Shown here: in pieces, positions 34,601-49,600 of the stretch
Layout of the letters: each line of letters opens with the position of its first letter
Numbering within the stretch: position 1 is the first letter of the stretch
DNA from: Eledone cirrhosa
Taxonomy: Eukaryota
Length of the DNA stretch: 64,000 nt
Direction of reading: 5' to 3'
Assembly (NCBI GenBank): GCA_964016885.1
Contig: OZ024741.1
Span: 3,782,001-3,846,000 of the forward strand
The notes under the pieces: generated by a model
Told to the model about the DNA's origin: nothing
Seen by the model: only the letters and a program-made list of their open reading frames with translations
Databases searched by the model: none
Made by a program: the position numbers and the translations under genes

Positions 34601-37600
34601 TCGACAGCTAACAACTGGTGCTGGTAGTTTGTTCCATGGAGCTTTTAAAGGATGCAGTGTCTCAACAGCTAACAACTGATGCTGGTAGTTTGTTCCATGG
34701 AGGTTTTAAAGGATGCAGTGTCTCGACAGCTAACAACTGGTGCTGGTAGTTTGTTCCATAGAGGTTTTTAAGGATCCAGTGTCTTGACAGCTAACAACTG
34801 ATGCTGGTAGTTTGTTCCATGGAGGCTTTAAAGGATGCAGTGTCTCGACAGCTAAAACTGATGCAGCTAGTTTGTTCCATGGAGGTTTTAAAGGATGCAG
34901 TGTCTCGACAGCTAACAGCTGATTCTGGTAGTTTGTTCCATGGAGGTTTCAAACGATCCAGTGTCTCGACAGCTAACAACTGATGCAGGTAGTTTGTTCC
35001 ATGGATGTTTTAAAGGATGCAGTGTCTTGACAGCTAACAACTGATGGAGGTAGTTTGTTCCATGGATGTTTTAAAGGATGCAGTCTCGCGACAGCTAACA
35101 ACCGATGCTGGTAGTTTGTTCCATGGAGGTTTTAAAGGATCCAGTGTCTCGACAGCTAACAACTGGTGCAGGTAGTTTGTTCCATGGAGGTTCTAAAGGA
35201 TGCAGTGTCTCGACAGCTAACAACTGATGAGGGTAGTTTGTTCCATGGAGGTTTTAAAGGATGCAGTGTCTCGACAGCTAACAACTGATGCAGGTAGTTT
35301 GTTCTATGGATGTTTTAAAGGATGCAGTATCTCAAAAGCTAACAACTGATGCAGGTAGTTTGTTCCATAGAGGTTTTAAAGGATCCAGTGTCCCGACAGC
35401 TAACAACTGATGCAGGTAGTTTGTTCCATAGAGGTTTTTAAGGATGCAGTGTCTCGACAGCTAACAACTGATGCAGGTAGTTTGTTCCATGGAGGTTTTA
35501 ATGGATCCAGTGTCTCGACAGCTAACAACTGATGCAGGTAGTTTGTTCCATAGAGGTTTTAAAGGATGCAGTGTCTCGACAGCTAACAACTGATGCAGCT
35601 AGTTTGTTCCATAGATGTTTTTAAGGATGCAGTGTCTCGACAGCTAACAACTAATGAAGGTAGTGTGTTCCATGTAGGTTTTAAAGGATCCAGTGTCTCG
35701 ACAGCTAACAACTGATGTAGGTGGTGTGTTCCATGGAGATTTTAAAGGATGCAGTGTCCCGACAGCTAACAACTGATGCAGGTAGTGTGTTCCATGGAGA
35801 TTTTTAAGGATGCAGTGTCTCGACAGCTAACAACTGATGCAGGTAGTTTGTTCCATAGAGGTTTTTAAAGATGCAGTGTCTCGACAGCTAACAACTGATG
35901 CAGGTAGTTTGTTCCATAGAGGTTTTAAAGGATGCAGTGTCTCGACAGCTAACAACTGATGCAACTAGTTTGTTCCATAGATGTTTTTAAGGATGCAGTG
36001 TCTCGACAGCTAACAACTAATGAAGGTAGTTTGTTCCATGTAGGTTTTAAAGGATCCAGTGTCTCGACAGCTAACAACTGATGTAGGTAGTTTGTTCCAT
36101 GGAGGTTTTAAAGGATGCAGTGTCCCGACAGCTAACAACTGTTGCAGGTAGTGTGTTCCATGGAGATTTTTAAGGATGCAGTGTCTCGACAGCTAACAAC
36201 TGATGCAGGTAGTTTGTTCCATAGAGGTTTTTAAAGATGCAGTGTCTCGACAGCTAACAACTGATGCAGGTAGTTTGTTCCATGGAGGTTTTAATGGATC
36301 CAGTGTCTCGACAGCTAACAACTAATGGAGGTACTTTGTTCCATGGAGGTTTTAAAGGATCCAGTGTCTCGACAGCTAACAACTGATGTAGGTAGTTTGT
36401 TCCATGGAGGTTTTAAAGGAGGCAGTGTCTCGACAGCTAACAACTGATGCAAGTAGTTTGTTCCATGGAGGTTTTAAAGGATGCAGTGTCTCGGCAGCTA
36501 ACAATTAATGCAGGTAGTTTGTTCCATGGAGGTTTTAATGGATCCAGTGTCTCAACAGCTAACAACTGATGAAGGTAGTTTGTTCCATGGATGTTTTAAA
36601 GGATGCAGTGTCTCGAAAGCTAACAACTGATGCAGGTAGTTTGTTCCATGGAGGTTTTAAAGGAAGCAGTGTCTCGACAGCTAACAACTGATGCAGGTAG
36701 TTTGTTCCATAGAGGTTTTAAAGGATGCAGTGTCTCGACAGCTAACAACTGATGCAGGTAGTTTGTTCCATGGATGTTTTAAAGGATGCAGTGTCTCGAC
36801 AGCTAACAACTGATGAAGGTAGTTTGTTCCATGGAGGTTTTAAAGGATGCAGTATCTCAAAAGCTAACAACTGATGCAGGTAGTTTGTTCCATAGAGGTT
36901 TTAAAGGATGCAGTGTCTCGACAGCTAACAACTGATGCAGGTAGTGTGTTCCATGGAGGTTTTTAAGGATGCAGTGTCTCGACAGCTAACAACTGAAGCA
37001 GGTAGTTTGTTCCATGGAGGTTTTAATGGATCCAGTGTCTCGACAGCTAACAACTAATGAAGGTAGTTTGTTCCATGGAGGTTTTAAAGGATCCAGTGTC
37101 TCGACAGCTAACAACTGATGTAGGTAGTTTGTTCCATGGAGGTTTTAAAGGATGCAGTGTCCTGACAGCTAACAACTGATGCAGGTAGTGTGTTCTATGG
37201 AGGTTTTTAAGGATGCAGTGTCTCGACAGCTAAAAACTGGTGCAGGTAGTTTGTTCCATGGAGGTTTTAAAGGATGCAGTGTCTCGACAGCTAACAACTG
37301 ATGGGGGTAGTTTGTTCCATGGAGGTTTTAAAGGATGCAGTGTCTCGACAGCTAACAACTGATGCAGGTAGTTTGTTCCATGGAGGTTTTAAAGGATGCA
37401 GTATCTCAAAAGCTAACAACTGATGCAGGTAGTTTGTTCTATAGAGGTTTTAAAGGATGCAGTGTCTCGACAGCTAACAACTGATGCAGGTAGTTTGTTC
37501 CATAGAGGTTTTTAAGGATGCAGTGTCTTGACAGCTAACAACTGATGCAGGTAGTTTGTTCCATGGAGGTTTTAATGGATCCAGTGTCTCGACAGCTAAC

Positions 37601-40600
37601 AACTAATGAAGGTAGTTTGTTCCATGGAGGTTTTAAAGGATCCAATGTCTCGACAGCTAACAACTGATGCAAGTAGTTTGTTCCATGGAGGTTTTAAAGG
37701 ATGCAGTGTCTCGACAGCTAACAACTGATGCAAGTAGTTTGTTCCATGGAGGTTTTAAAGGATGCAGTGTCTCGACAGCTAACAACTGACTCTGGTAGTT
37801 TGTTCCATGGAGGTTGAAAAGGATGCAGTGTCTTGACAGCTAACAACTGGTGCTGGTAGTTTGTTCCATGGAGGTTTTAAAGGATGCAGTGTCTCGACAG
37901 CTAACAACTGATTCTGGTAGTTTGTTCCATGGAGGTTTCAAACGATCCAGTGTCTCGACAGCTAACAATTGATGCAGGTAGTGTGTTCCATGGAGGTTTT
38001 TAAGGATGCAGTGTCTCGATAGTTAACAACTGATGCAGGTAGTTTGTTCCATAGAGGTTTTTAAGGATGCAGTGTCTCGACAGCTAACTACTGATGCAGG
38101 TAGTTTGTTCCATGGAGGTTTTAATGGATCCAGTGTCTCGACAGCTAACAACTGATGCAGGTAGTTTGTTCCATGGAGGTTTTAATGGATCCAGTGTCTC
38201 GACAGCTAACAACTAATGAAGGTAGTTTGTTCCATGGAGGTTTTAAAGGATCCAGTGTCTCGACTGCTAACAACTGATGCAGGTAGTTTGTTCCATAGAG
38301 GTTTTTAAAGATGCAGTGTCACGACAGCTAATAACTGATGCAGGTAGTTTGTTCCATGGAGGTTTTAATGGATCCAGTGTCTCGACAGCTAACAACTAAT
38401 GGAGGTAGTTTGTTCCATGGAGGTTTTAAAGGATCCAGTGTCTCGACAGCTAACAACTGATGTAGGTAGTTTGTTCCATGGAGGTTTTAAAGGATGCAGT
38501 GTCTCGACAGCTAACAACTGATGCAAGTAGTTTGTTCCATGGAGGTATTAAAGGATGCAGTGTCTCGACAGCTAACAATTGATGCAGGTAGTTTATTCCA
38601 TGGAGGTTTTAATGGATCCAGTGTCTCAACAGCTAATAACTGATGAAGGTAGTTTGTTCCATGGATGTTTTAAAGGATGCAGTGTCTCGACAGCTAACAA
38701 CTGATGCAGGTAGTTTGTTCCATGTAGGTTTTAAATGAAGCAGTGTCTCGACAGCTAACAACTGATGCAGGTAGTTTGTTCCATAGAGGTTTTAAAGGAT
38801 GCAGTGTCTCGACAGCAAACAACTGATGCAGGTAGTTTGTTCCATGGAAGTTTTAAAGGATGCAGTGTCCCGACAGCTAACAACTGATGCAGGTAGTTTG
38901 TTCCATGGAGGTTTTAAAGGATGTAGTGTCTCGACAGCTAACAACTGATGCAGGTAGTTTGTTCCATGGATGTTTTAAAGGATGCAGTGTCTCGACAGCT
39001 AACAACTGATGCAGGTAGTTTGTTCCATAGAGGTTTTAAAGGATGCAGTGTCTCGACAGCTAACAATTGATGCAGGTAGTTTGTTCCATGGAGATTCTAA
39101 AGGATGCAGTGTCTCGACAGCTAACAACTGATGCAGGTAGTTTGTTCCATGGATGTTTTAAAGGATGCAGTGTCTCGACAGCTAACAACTGGTGCTGGTA
39201 GTTTGTTCCATGGAGGTTTTAAAGGATCCAGTGTCTCGACAGCTAACAACTGATGCTGGTAGTTTGTTCCATGGAGGTTTTAAAGGATGCAGTGTCTCGA
39301 CAGCTAATAGCTGATGAATGTAGTTTGTTCCATGGAGGTTTTAAAGAAATGCAGTGTCTCGACAGCTAACAACTGGTGCAAGTTGTTTGTTCCCAGGAGG
39401 TATTAAAGGATTCAGTGTCTCGACAGCTAACAACTGGTGCTGGTAGTTTGTTCCATGGAGGTTTTAAAGGATCCAGTGTCTTGACAGCTAACAACTGATG
39501 CTGGTAGTTTTTTCCATGGAGGTTTTAAAGCATGCAGTGTCTCGACAGCTAAAACTGATGCAGCTAGATTGTTCCATGGAGGTTTTAAAGGATGCAGTGT
39601 CTCGACAGCTAACAACTGATGCAGGTAGTTTGTTCCATGGATGTTTTAAAGGATGCAGTGTCTTGACAGCTAACAACTGATGGAGGTAGTTTGTTCCATG
39701 GATGTTTTAAAGGATGCAGTCTCGCGACAGCTAACAACCGATGCTGGTAGTTTGTTCCATGGAGGTTTTAAAGGATGCAGTATCTCAAAAGCTAACAACT
39801 GATGCAGGTAGTTTGTTCCATAGAGGTTTTAAAGGATGCAGTGTCTCGACAGCTAACAACTGATGCAGGTAGTGTGTTCCATGGAGGTTTTTAAGGATGC
39901 AGTGTCTCGACAGCTAACAACTGATGCAGGTAGTTTGTTCCATGGAGGTTTTAATGGATCCAGTTTCTCGACAGCTAACAACTAATGAAGGTAGTTTGTT
40001 CCATGGAGGTTTTAAAGGATCCAGTGTCTCGACAGCTAACAACTGATGTAGGTAGTTTGTTCCATGGAGGTTTTAAAGGATGCAGTGTCCTGACAGCTAA
40101 CAACTGATGCAGGTAGTGTGTTCCATGGAGATTTTTAAGGATGCAGTGTCTCGACAGCTAACAACTGGTGCAGGTAGTTTGTTCCATGGAGGTTTTAAAG
40201 GATGCAGTGTCTCGACAGCTAACAACTGATGATGGTAGTTTGTTCCATGGAGGTTTTAAAGGATGCAGTGTCTCGACAGCTAACAACTGATGCAGGTAGT
40301 TTGTTCCATGGAGGTTTTAAAGGATGCAGTATCTCAAAAGCTAACAACTGATGCAGGTAGTTTGTTCTATAGAGGTTTTAAAGGATGCAGTGTCTCGACA
40401 GCTAACAACTGATGCAGGTAGTTTGTTCCATAGAGGTTTTTAAGGATGCAGTGTCTTGACAGCTAACAACTGATGCAGGTAGTTTGTTCCATGGAGGTTT
40501 TAATGGATCCAGTTTCTCGACAGCTAACAACTAATGAAGGTAGTTTGTTCCATGGAGGTTTTAAAGGATCCAATGTCTCGACAGCTAACAACTGATGCAA

Positions 40601-43600
40601 GTAGTTTGTTCCATGGAGGTTTTAAAGGATGCAGTGTCTCGACAGCTAACAACTGATGCAAGTAGTTTGTTCCATGGAGGTTTTAAAGGATGCAGTGTCT
40701 CGACAGCTAACAACTGACTCTGGTAGTTTGTTCCATGGAGGTTGAAAAGGATGCAGTGTCTTGACAGCTAACAACTGGTGCTGGTAGTTTGTTCCATGGA
40801 GGTTTTAAAGGATGCAGTGTCTCGACAGCTAACAACTGATTCTGGTAGTTTGTTCCATGGAGGTTTCAAACGATCCAGTGTCTCGACAGCTAACAACTGA
40901 TGCAGGTAGTGTGTTCCATGGAGTTTTTTAAGGATGCAGTGTCTCGACAGCTAACAACTGATGCAGGTAGTTTGTTCCATAGAGGTTTTTAAGGATGCAG
41001 TGTCTCGACAGCTAACAACTGATGCAGGTAGTTTGTTCCATGGAGGTTTTAATGGATCCAGTGTCTCGACAGCTAACAACTGATGCAGGTAGTTTGTTCC
41101 ATGGAGGTTTTAATGGATCCAGTGTCTCGACAGCTAACAACTAATGAAGGTAGTTTGTTCCATGGAGGTTTTAAAGGATCCAGTGTCTCGACAGCTAACA
41201 ACTGATGCAGGTAGTTTGTTCCATAGAGGTTTTTAAAGATGCAGTGTCACGACAGCTAACAACTGATGCAGGTAGTTTGTTCCATGGAGGTTTTAATGGA
41301 TCCAGTGTCTCGACAGCTAACAACTAATGGAGGTAGTTTGTTCCATGGAGGTTTTAAAGGATCCAGTGTCTCGACAGCTAACAACTGATGTAGGTAGTTT
41401 GTTCCATGGAGGTTTTAAAGGATGCAGTGTCTCGACAGCTAACAACTGATGCAAGTAGTTTGTTCCATGGAGGTTTTAAAGGATGCAGTGTCTCGACAGC
41501 TAACAACTGATGCAGGTAATTTATTCCATAGAGGTTTTAAAGGATGCAGTGTCTCGACAGCTAACAACTGATGCAGGTAGTTTGTTCCATAGAGGTTTTT
41601 AAGGATGCAGTGTCTCGACAGCTAACAACTGATGCAGGTAGTTTGTTCCATGGAGGTTTTAATGGATCCAGTGTCTCGACAGCTAACAACTAATGGAGGT
41701 AGTTTGTTCCATGGAGGTTTTAAAGGATCCAGTGTCTCGACAGCTAACAACTGATGTAGGTAGTTTGTTCCATGGATGTTTTAAAGGATGCAGTGTCTCG
41801 ACAGCTAACAATTGATGCAGGTAGTTTGTTCCATGGAGATGCTAAAGGATGCAGTGTCTCGACAGCTAACAACTGATGCAGGTAGTTTGTTCCATGGATG
41901 TTTTAAAGGATGCAGTGTCTCGACAGCTAACAACTGATGCAGGTAGTTTGTTCCATGGAAGTTTTAAAGGATGCAGTATCTCAAAAGCTAACAACTGATG
42001 CAGGTAGTTTGTTCTATAGAGGTTTTAAAGGATGCAGTGTCTCGACAGCTAACAACTGATGCAGGTAGTTTGTTCCATAGAGGTTTTTAAGGATGCAGTG
42101 TCTTGACAGCTAACAACTGATGCAGGTAGTTTGTTCCATGGAGGTTTTAATGGATCCAGTGTCTCGACAGCTAACAACTAATGAAGGTAGTTTGTTCCAT
42201 GGAGGTTTTAAAGGATCCAATGTCTCGACAGCTAACAACTGATGCAAGCAGTTTCTTCCATGGAGGTTTTAAAGGATGCAGTGTCTCGACAGCTAACAAC
42301 TGATGCAAGTAGTTTGTTCCATGGAGGTTTTAAAGGATGCAGTGTCTCGACAGCTAACAACTGACTCTGGTAGTTTGTTCCATGGAGGTTGAAAAGGATG
42401 CAGTGTGTTGACAGCTAACAACTGGTGCTGGTAGTTTGTTCCATGGAGGTTTTAAAGGATGCAGTGTCTCGACAGCTAACAACTGATTCTGGTAGTTTGT
42501 TCCATGGAGGTTTCAAACGATCCAGTGTCTCGACAGCTAACAACTGATGCAGGTAGTGTGTTCCATGGAGGTTTTTAAGGATGCAGTGTCTCGACAGCTA
42601 ACAACTGATGCAGGTAGTTTGTTCCATAGAGGTTTTTAAGGATGCAGTGTCTCGACAGCTAACAACTGATGCAGGTAGTTTGTTCCATGGAGGTTTTAAT
42701 GGATCCAGTGTCTCGACAGCTAACAACTGATGCAGGTAGTTTGTTCCATGGAGGTTTTAATGGATCCAGTGTCTCGACAGCTAACAACTAATGAAGGTAG
42801 TTTGTTCCATGGAGGTTTTAAAGGATCCAGTGTCTCGACAGCTAACAACTGATGCAGGTAGTTTGTTCCATAGAGGGTTTTAAAGATGCAGTGTCACGAC
42901 AGCTAACAACTGATGCAGGTAGTTTGTTCCATGGAGGTTTTAATGGATCCAGTGTCTCGACAGCTAACAACTAATGGAGGTAGTTTGTTCCATGGAGGTT
43001 TTAAAGGATCCAGTGTCTCGACAGCTAACAACTGATGTAGGTAGTTTGTTCCATGGAGGTTTTTAAGGATGCAGTGTCTCGACAGCTAACAACTGATGCA
43101 AGTAGTTTGTTCCATGGAGGTTTTAAAGGATGCAGTGTCTCGACAGCTAACAACTGATGCAGGTAATTTATTCCATAGAGGTTTTAAAGGATGCAGTGTC
43201 TCGACAGCTAACAACTGATGCAGGTAGTTTGTTCCATAGAGGTTTTTAAGGATGCAGTGTCTCGACAGCTAACAACTGATGCAGGTAGTTTGTTCCATGG
43301 AGGTTTTAATGGATCCAGTGTCTCGACAGCTAACAACTAATGGAGGTAGTTTGTTCCATGGAGGTTTTAAAGGATCCAGTGTCTCGACAGCTAACAACTG
43401 ATGTAGGTAGTTTGTTCCATGGAGGTTTTAAAGGATGCAGTGTCTCGACAGCTAACAACTGATGCAGGTAGTTTGTTCCATGTAGGTTTTAAATGAAGCA
43501 GTGTCTCGACAGCTAACAACTGATGCAGGTAGTTTGTTCCATAGAGGTTTTAAAGGATGCAGTGTCTCGACAGCAAACAACTGATGCAGGTAGTTTGTTC

Positions 43601-46600
43601 CATGGAAGTTTTAAAGGATGCAGTGTCCCGACAGCTAACAACTGATGCAGGTAGTTTGTTCCATGGAGGTTTTAAAGGATGTTGTGTCTCGACAGCTAAC
43701 AACTGATGCAGGTAGTTTGTTCCATGGATGTTTTAAAGTATGCAGTGTCTCGACAGCTAACAACTGATGCAGGTAGTTTGTTCCATAGAGGTTTTTAAGG
43801 ATGCAGTGTCTTGACAGCTAACAACTGATGCAGGTAGTTTGTTCCATGGAGGTTTTAATGGATCCAGTGTCTCGACAGCTAACAACTAATGAAGGTAGTT
43901 TGTTCCATGGAGGTTTTAAAGGATCCAATGTCTCGACAGCTAACAACTGATGCAAGCAGTTTCTTCCATGGAGGTTTTAAAGGATGCAGTGTCTCGACAG
44001 CTAACAACTGATGCAAGTATTTTGTTCCATGGAGGTTTTAAAGGATGCAGTGTCTCGACAGCTAACAACTGACTCTGGTAGTTTGTTCCATGGAGGTTGA
44101 AAAGGATGCAGTGTCTTGACAGCTAACAACTGGTGCTGGTAGTTTGTTCCATGGAGGTTTTAAAGGATGCAGTGTCTCGACAGCTAACAACTGATTCTGG
44201 TAGTTTGTTCCATGGAGGTTTCAAACGATCCAGTGTCTCGACAGCTAACAACTGATGCAGGTAGTGTGTTCCATGGAGGTTTTTAAGGATGCAGTGTCTC
44301 GACAGCTAACAACTGATGCAGGTAGTTTGTTCCATAGAGGTTTTTAAGGATGCAGTGTCTCGACAGCTAACAACTGATGCAGGTAGTTTGTTCCATGGAG
44401 GTTTTAATGGATCCAGTGTCTCGACAGCTAACAACTGATGCAGGTAGTTTGTTCCATGGAGGTTTTAATGGATCCAGTGTCTCGACAGCTAACAACTAAT
44501 GAAGGTAGTTTGTTCCATGGAGGTTTTAAAGGATCCAGTGTCTCGACAGCTAACAACTGATGCAGGTAGTTTGTTCCATAGAGGTTTTTAAAGATGCAGT
44601 GTCACGACAGCTAACAACTGATGCAGGTAGTTTGTTCCATGGAGGCTTTAATGGATCCAGTGTCTCGACAGCTAACAACTAATGGAGGTAGTTTGTTCCA
44701 TGGAGGTTTTAAAGGATCCAGTGTCTCGACAGCTAACAACTGATGTAGGTAGTTTGTTCCATGGAGGTTTTTAAGGATGCAGTGTCTCGACAGCTAACAA
44801 CTGATGCAAGTAGTTTGTTCCATGGAGGTTTTAAAGGATGCAGTGTCTCGACAGCTAACAACTGATGCAGGTAATTTATTCCATAGAGGTTTTAAAGGAT
44901 GCAGTGTCTCGACAGCTAACAACTGATGCAGGTAGTTTGTTCCATAGAGGTTTTTAAGGATGCAGTGTCTCGACAGCTAACAACTGATGCAGGTAGTTTG
45001 TTCCATGGAGGTTTTAATGGATCCAGTGTCTCGACAGCTAACAACTAATGGAGGTAGTTTGTTCCATGGAGGTTTTAAAGGATCCAGTGTCTCGACAGCT
45101 AACAACTGATGTAGGTAGTTTGTTCCATGGAGGTTCTAAAGGATGCAGTGTCTCGACAGCTAACAATTGATGCAGGTAGTTTATTCCATGGAGGTTTTAA
45201 TGGATCCAGTGTCTCAACAGCTAACAACTGATGAAGGTAGTTTGTTCCATGGATGTTTTAAAGGATGCAGTGTCTCGACAGCTAACAACTGATGCAGGTA
45301 GTTTGTTCCATGTAGGTTGTAAATGAAGCAGTGTCTCGACAGCTAACAACTGATGCAGGTAGTTTGTTCCATAGAGGTTTTAAAGGATGCAGTGTCTCGA
45401 CAGCAAACAACTGATGCAGGTAGTTTGTTCCATGGAAGTTTTAAAGGATGCAGTGTCCCGACAGCTAACCACTGATGCAGGTAGTTTGTTCCATGGAGGT
45501 TTTAAAGGATGTTGTGTCTCGACAGCTAACAACTGATGCAGGTAGTTTGTTCCATGGATGTTTTAAAGGATGCAGTGTCTCGACAGCTAACAACTGATGC
45601 AGGTAGTTTGTTCCATAGAGGTTTGAAAGGATGCAGTGTCTCGACAGCTAACAATTGATGCAGGTAGTTTGTTCCATTGAGATTCTAAAGGATGCAGTGT
45701 CTCGACAGCTAACAACTGATGCAGGTAGTTTGTTCCATGGATGTTTTAAAGGATGCAGTGTCTCGACAGCTAACAACTGATGCAGGTAGTTTGTTCCATG
45801 GATGTTTTAAAGGATGCAGTGTCTCGACAGCTAACAACTGATGCAGGTAGTTTGTTCCATAGAGGCTTTAAAGGATGCAGTGTCTCGACAGCTAACAATT
45901 GATGCAGGTAGTTTGTTCCATTGAGATTCTAAAGGATGCAGTGTCTCGACAGCTAACAACTGATGCAGGTAGTTTGTTCCATGGAGGTTTTAAAGGAAGC
46001 AGTGTCTGGACAGCTAACAACTGATGCAGGTAGTTTGTTCCATAGAGGTTTTAAAGGATGCAGTGTCCCGACAGCTAACAACTGATGCAGGTAGTGTGTT
46101 CCATGGAGGTTTTAAAGGATGCAATGTCTCGACAGCTAACAACTGATGAAGGTAGTTTGTTCCATGGAGGTTTTAAAGGATGCAGTATCTCAAAAGCTAA
46201 CAACAGATGCAGGTAGTTTGTTCCATAGAGGTTTTAAAGGATGCAGTGTCCCGACAGCTAACAACTGATGCAGGTAGTGTGTTCCATGGAGGTTTTTAAG
46301 GATGCAGTGTCTCGACAGCTAACAACTGATGCAGGTAGTTTGTTCCATGGAGGTTTTAATGGATCCAGTGTCTCGACAGCTAACAACTAATGAAGGTAGT
46401 TTGTTCCATGGAGGTTTTAAAGGATCCACTGTCTCGACAGCTAACAACTGATGTAGGTAGTTTGTTCCATGGAGGTTTTAAAGGATGCAGTGTCCTGACA
46501 GCTAACAACTGATGCAGGTAGTGTGTTCCATGGAGGTTTTTAAGGATGCAGTGTCTCGACAGCTAACAACTGATGCAGGTAGTTTGTTCCATAGAGGTTT

Positions 46601-49600
46601 TTAAAGATGGCAGTGTCTCGACAGCTAACTACTGATGAAGGTAGTTTGTTCCATGGAGGTTTTAAAGGATGCAGTGTCTCGACAGCTAACAATTGATGCA
46701 GGTAGTTTGTTCCATGGAGGTTTTAATGGATCCAGTGTCTCAACAGCTAACAACTGATGAAGGTAGTTTGTTCCATGGATGTTTTAAAGGATGCAGTGTC
46801 TCGACAGCTAACAACTGATGCAGGTAGTTTGTTCCATGTAGGTTTTAAATGAAGCAGTGTCTCGACAGCTAACAACTGATGCAGGTAGTTTGTTCCATAG
46901 AGGTTTTAAAGGATGCAGTGTCTCGACAGCAAACAACTGATGCAGGTAGTTTGTTCCATGGAGGTTTTAAAGGATGCAGTGTCCCGACAGCTAACAACTG
47001 ATGCAGGTAGTTTGTTCCATGGAGGTTATAAAGGATGTTGTGTCTCGACAGCTAACAACTGATGCAGGTAGTTTGTTCCATGGATGTTTTAAAGGATGCA
47101 GTGTCTCGACAGCTAACAACTGATGCAGGTAGTTTGTTCCATAGAGGTTTTTAAGGATGCAGTGTCTTGACAGCTAACAACTGATGCAGGTAGTTTGTTC
47201 CATGGAGGTTTTAATGGATCCAGTGTCTCGACAGCTAACAACTAATGAAGGTAGTTTGTTCCATGGAGGTTTTAAAGGATCCAATGTCTCGACAGCTAAC
47301 AACTGATGCAAGCAGTTTCTTCCATGGAGGTTTTAAAGGATGCAGTGTCTCGACAGCTAACAACTGATGCAAGTAGTTTGTTCCATGGAGGTTTTAAAGG
47401 ATGCAGTGTCTCGACAGCTACCAACTGACTCTGGTAGTTTGTTCCATGGAGGTTGAAAAGGATGCAGTGTCTTGACAGCTAACAACTGGTGCTGGTAGTT
47501 TGTTCCATGGAGGTTTTAAAGGATGCAGTGTCTCGACAGCTAACAACTGATTCTGGTAGTTTGTTCCATGGAGGTTTCAAACGATCCAGTGTCTCGACAG
47601 CTAACAACTGATGCAGGTAGTGTGTTCCATGGAGGTTTTTAAGGATGCAGTGTCTCGACAGCTAACAACTGATGCAGGTAGTTTGTTCCATAGAGGTTTT
47701 TAAGGATGCAGTGTCTCGACAGCTAACAACTGATGCAGGTAGTTTGTTCCATGGAGGTTTTAATGGATCCAGTGTCTCGACAGCTAACAGCTGATGCAGG
47801 TAGTTTGTTCCATGGAGGTTTTAATGGATCCAGTGTCTCGACAGCTAACAACTAATGAAGGTAGTTTGTTCCATGGAGGTTTTAAAGGATCCAGTGTCTC
47901 GACAGCTAACAACTGATGCAGGTAGTTTGTTCCATAGAGGTTTTTAAAGATGCAGTGTCACGACAGCTAACAACTGATGCAGGTAGTTTGTTCCATGGAG
48001 GTTTTAATGGATCTAGTGTCTCGACAGCTAACAACTAATGGAGGTAGTTTGTTCCATGGAGGTTTTAAAGGATCCAGTGTCTCGACAGCTAACAACTGAT
48101 GTAGGTAGTTTGTTCCATGGAGGTTTTTAAGGATGCAGTGTCTCGACAGCTAACAACTGATGCAAGTAGTTTGTTCCATGGAGGTTTTAAAGGATGCAGT
48201 GTCTCGACAGCTAACAACTGATGCAGGTAATTTATTCCATAGAGGTTTTAAAGGATGCAGTGTCTCGACAGCTAACAACTGATGCAGGTAGTTTGTTCCA
48301 TAGAGGTTTTTAAGGATGCAGTGTCTCGACAGCTAACAACTGATGCAGGTAGTTTGTTCCATGGAGGTTTTAATGGATCCAGTGTCTCGACAGCTAACAA
48401 CTAATGGAGGTAGTTTGTTCCATGGAGGTTTTAAAGGATCCAGTGTCTCGACAGCTAACAACTGATGTAGGTAGTTTGTTCCATGGAGGTTTTAAAGGAT
48501 GCAGTGTCTCGACAGCTAACAATTGATGCAGGTAGTTTATTCCATGGAGGTTTTAATGGATCCAGTGTCTCAACAGCTAACAACTGATGAAGGTAGTTTG
48601 TTCCATGGATGTTTTAAAGGATGCAGTGTCTCGACAGCTAACCACTGATGCAGGTAGTTTGTTCCATGTAGGTTTTAAATGAAGCAGTGTCTCGACAGCT
48701 AACAACTGATGCAGGTAGTTTGTTCCATAGAGGTTTTAAAGGATGCAGTGTCTCGACAGCAAACAACTGATGCAGGTAGTTTGTTCCATGGAAGTTTTAA
48801 AGGATGCAGTGTCCCGACAGCTAACAACTGATGCAGGTAGTTTGTTCCATGGAGGTTTTATGTTGTGTCTCGACAGCTAACAACTGATGCAGGTAGTTTG
48901 TTCCATGGATGTTTTAAAGGATGCAGTGTCTCGACAGCTAACAACTGATGCAGGTAGTTTGTTCCATAGAGGTTTTAAAGGATGCAGTGTCTCGACAGCT
49001 AACAATTGATGCAGGTAGTTTGTTCCATGGAGATTCTAAAGGATGCAGTGTCTCGACAGCTAACAACTGATGCAGGTAGTTTGTTCCATGGATGTTTTAA
49101 AGGATGCAGTGTCTCGACAGCTAACAACTGGTGCTGGTAGTTTGTTCCATGGAGGTTTTAAAGGATCCAGTGTCTCGACAGCTAACAACTGATGCTGGTA
49201 GTTTGTTCCATGGAGGTTTTAAAGGATGCAGTGTCTCGACAGCTAATAGCTGATGAATGTAGTTTGTTCCATGGAGGTTTTAAAGAAATGCAGTGTCTCG
49301 ACAGCTAACAACTGGTGCAAGTTGTTTGTTCCCAGGAGGTATTAAAGGATTCAGTGTCTCGACAGCTAACAACTGGTGCTGGTAGTTTGTTCCATGGAGG
49401 TTTTAAAGGATCCAGTGTCTTGACAGCTAACAACTGATGCTGGTAGTTTTTTCCATGGAGGTTTTAAAGGATGCAGTGTCTCGACAGCTAAAACTGATGC
49501 AGCTAGATTGTTCCATGGAGGTTTTAAAGGATGCAGTGTCTCGACAGCTAACAACTGATGCAGGTAGTTTGTTCCATGGATGTTTTAAAGGATGCAGTGT

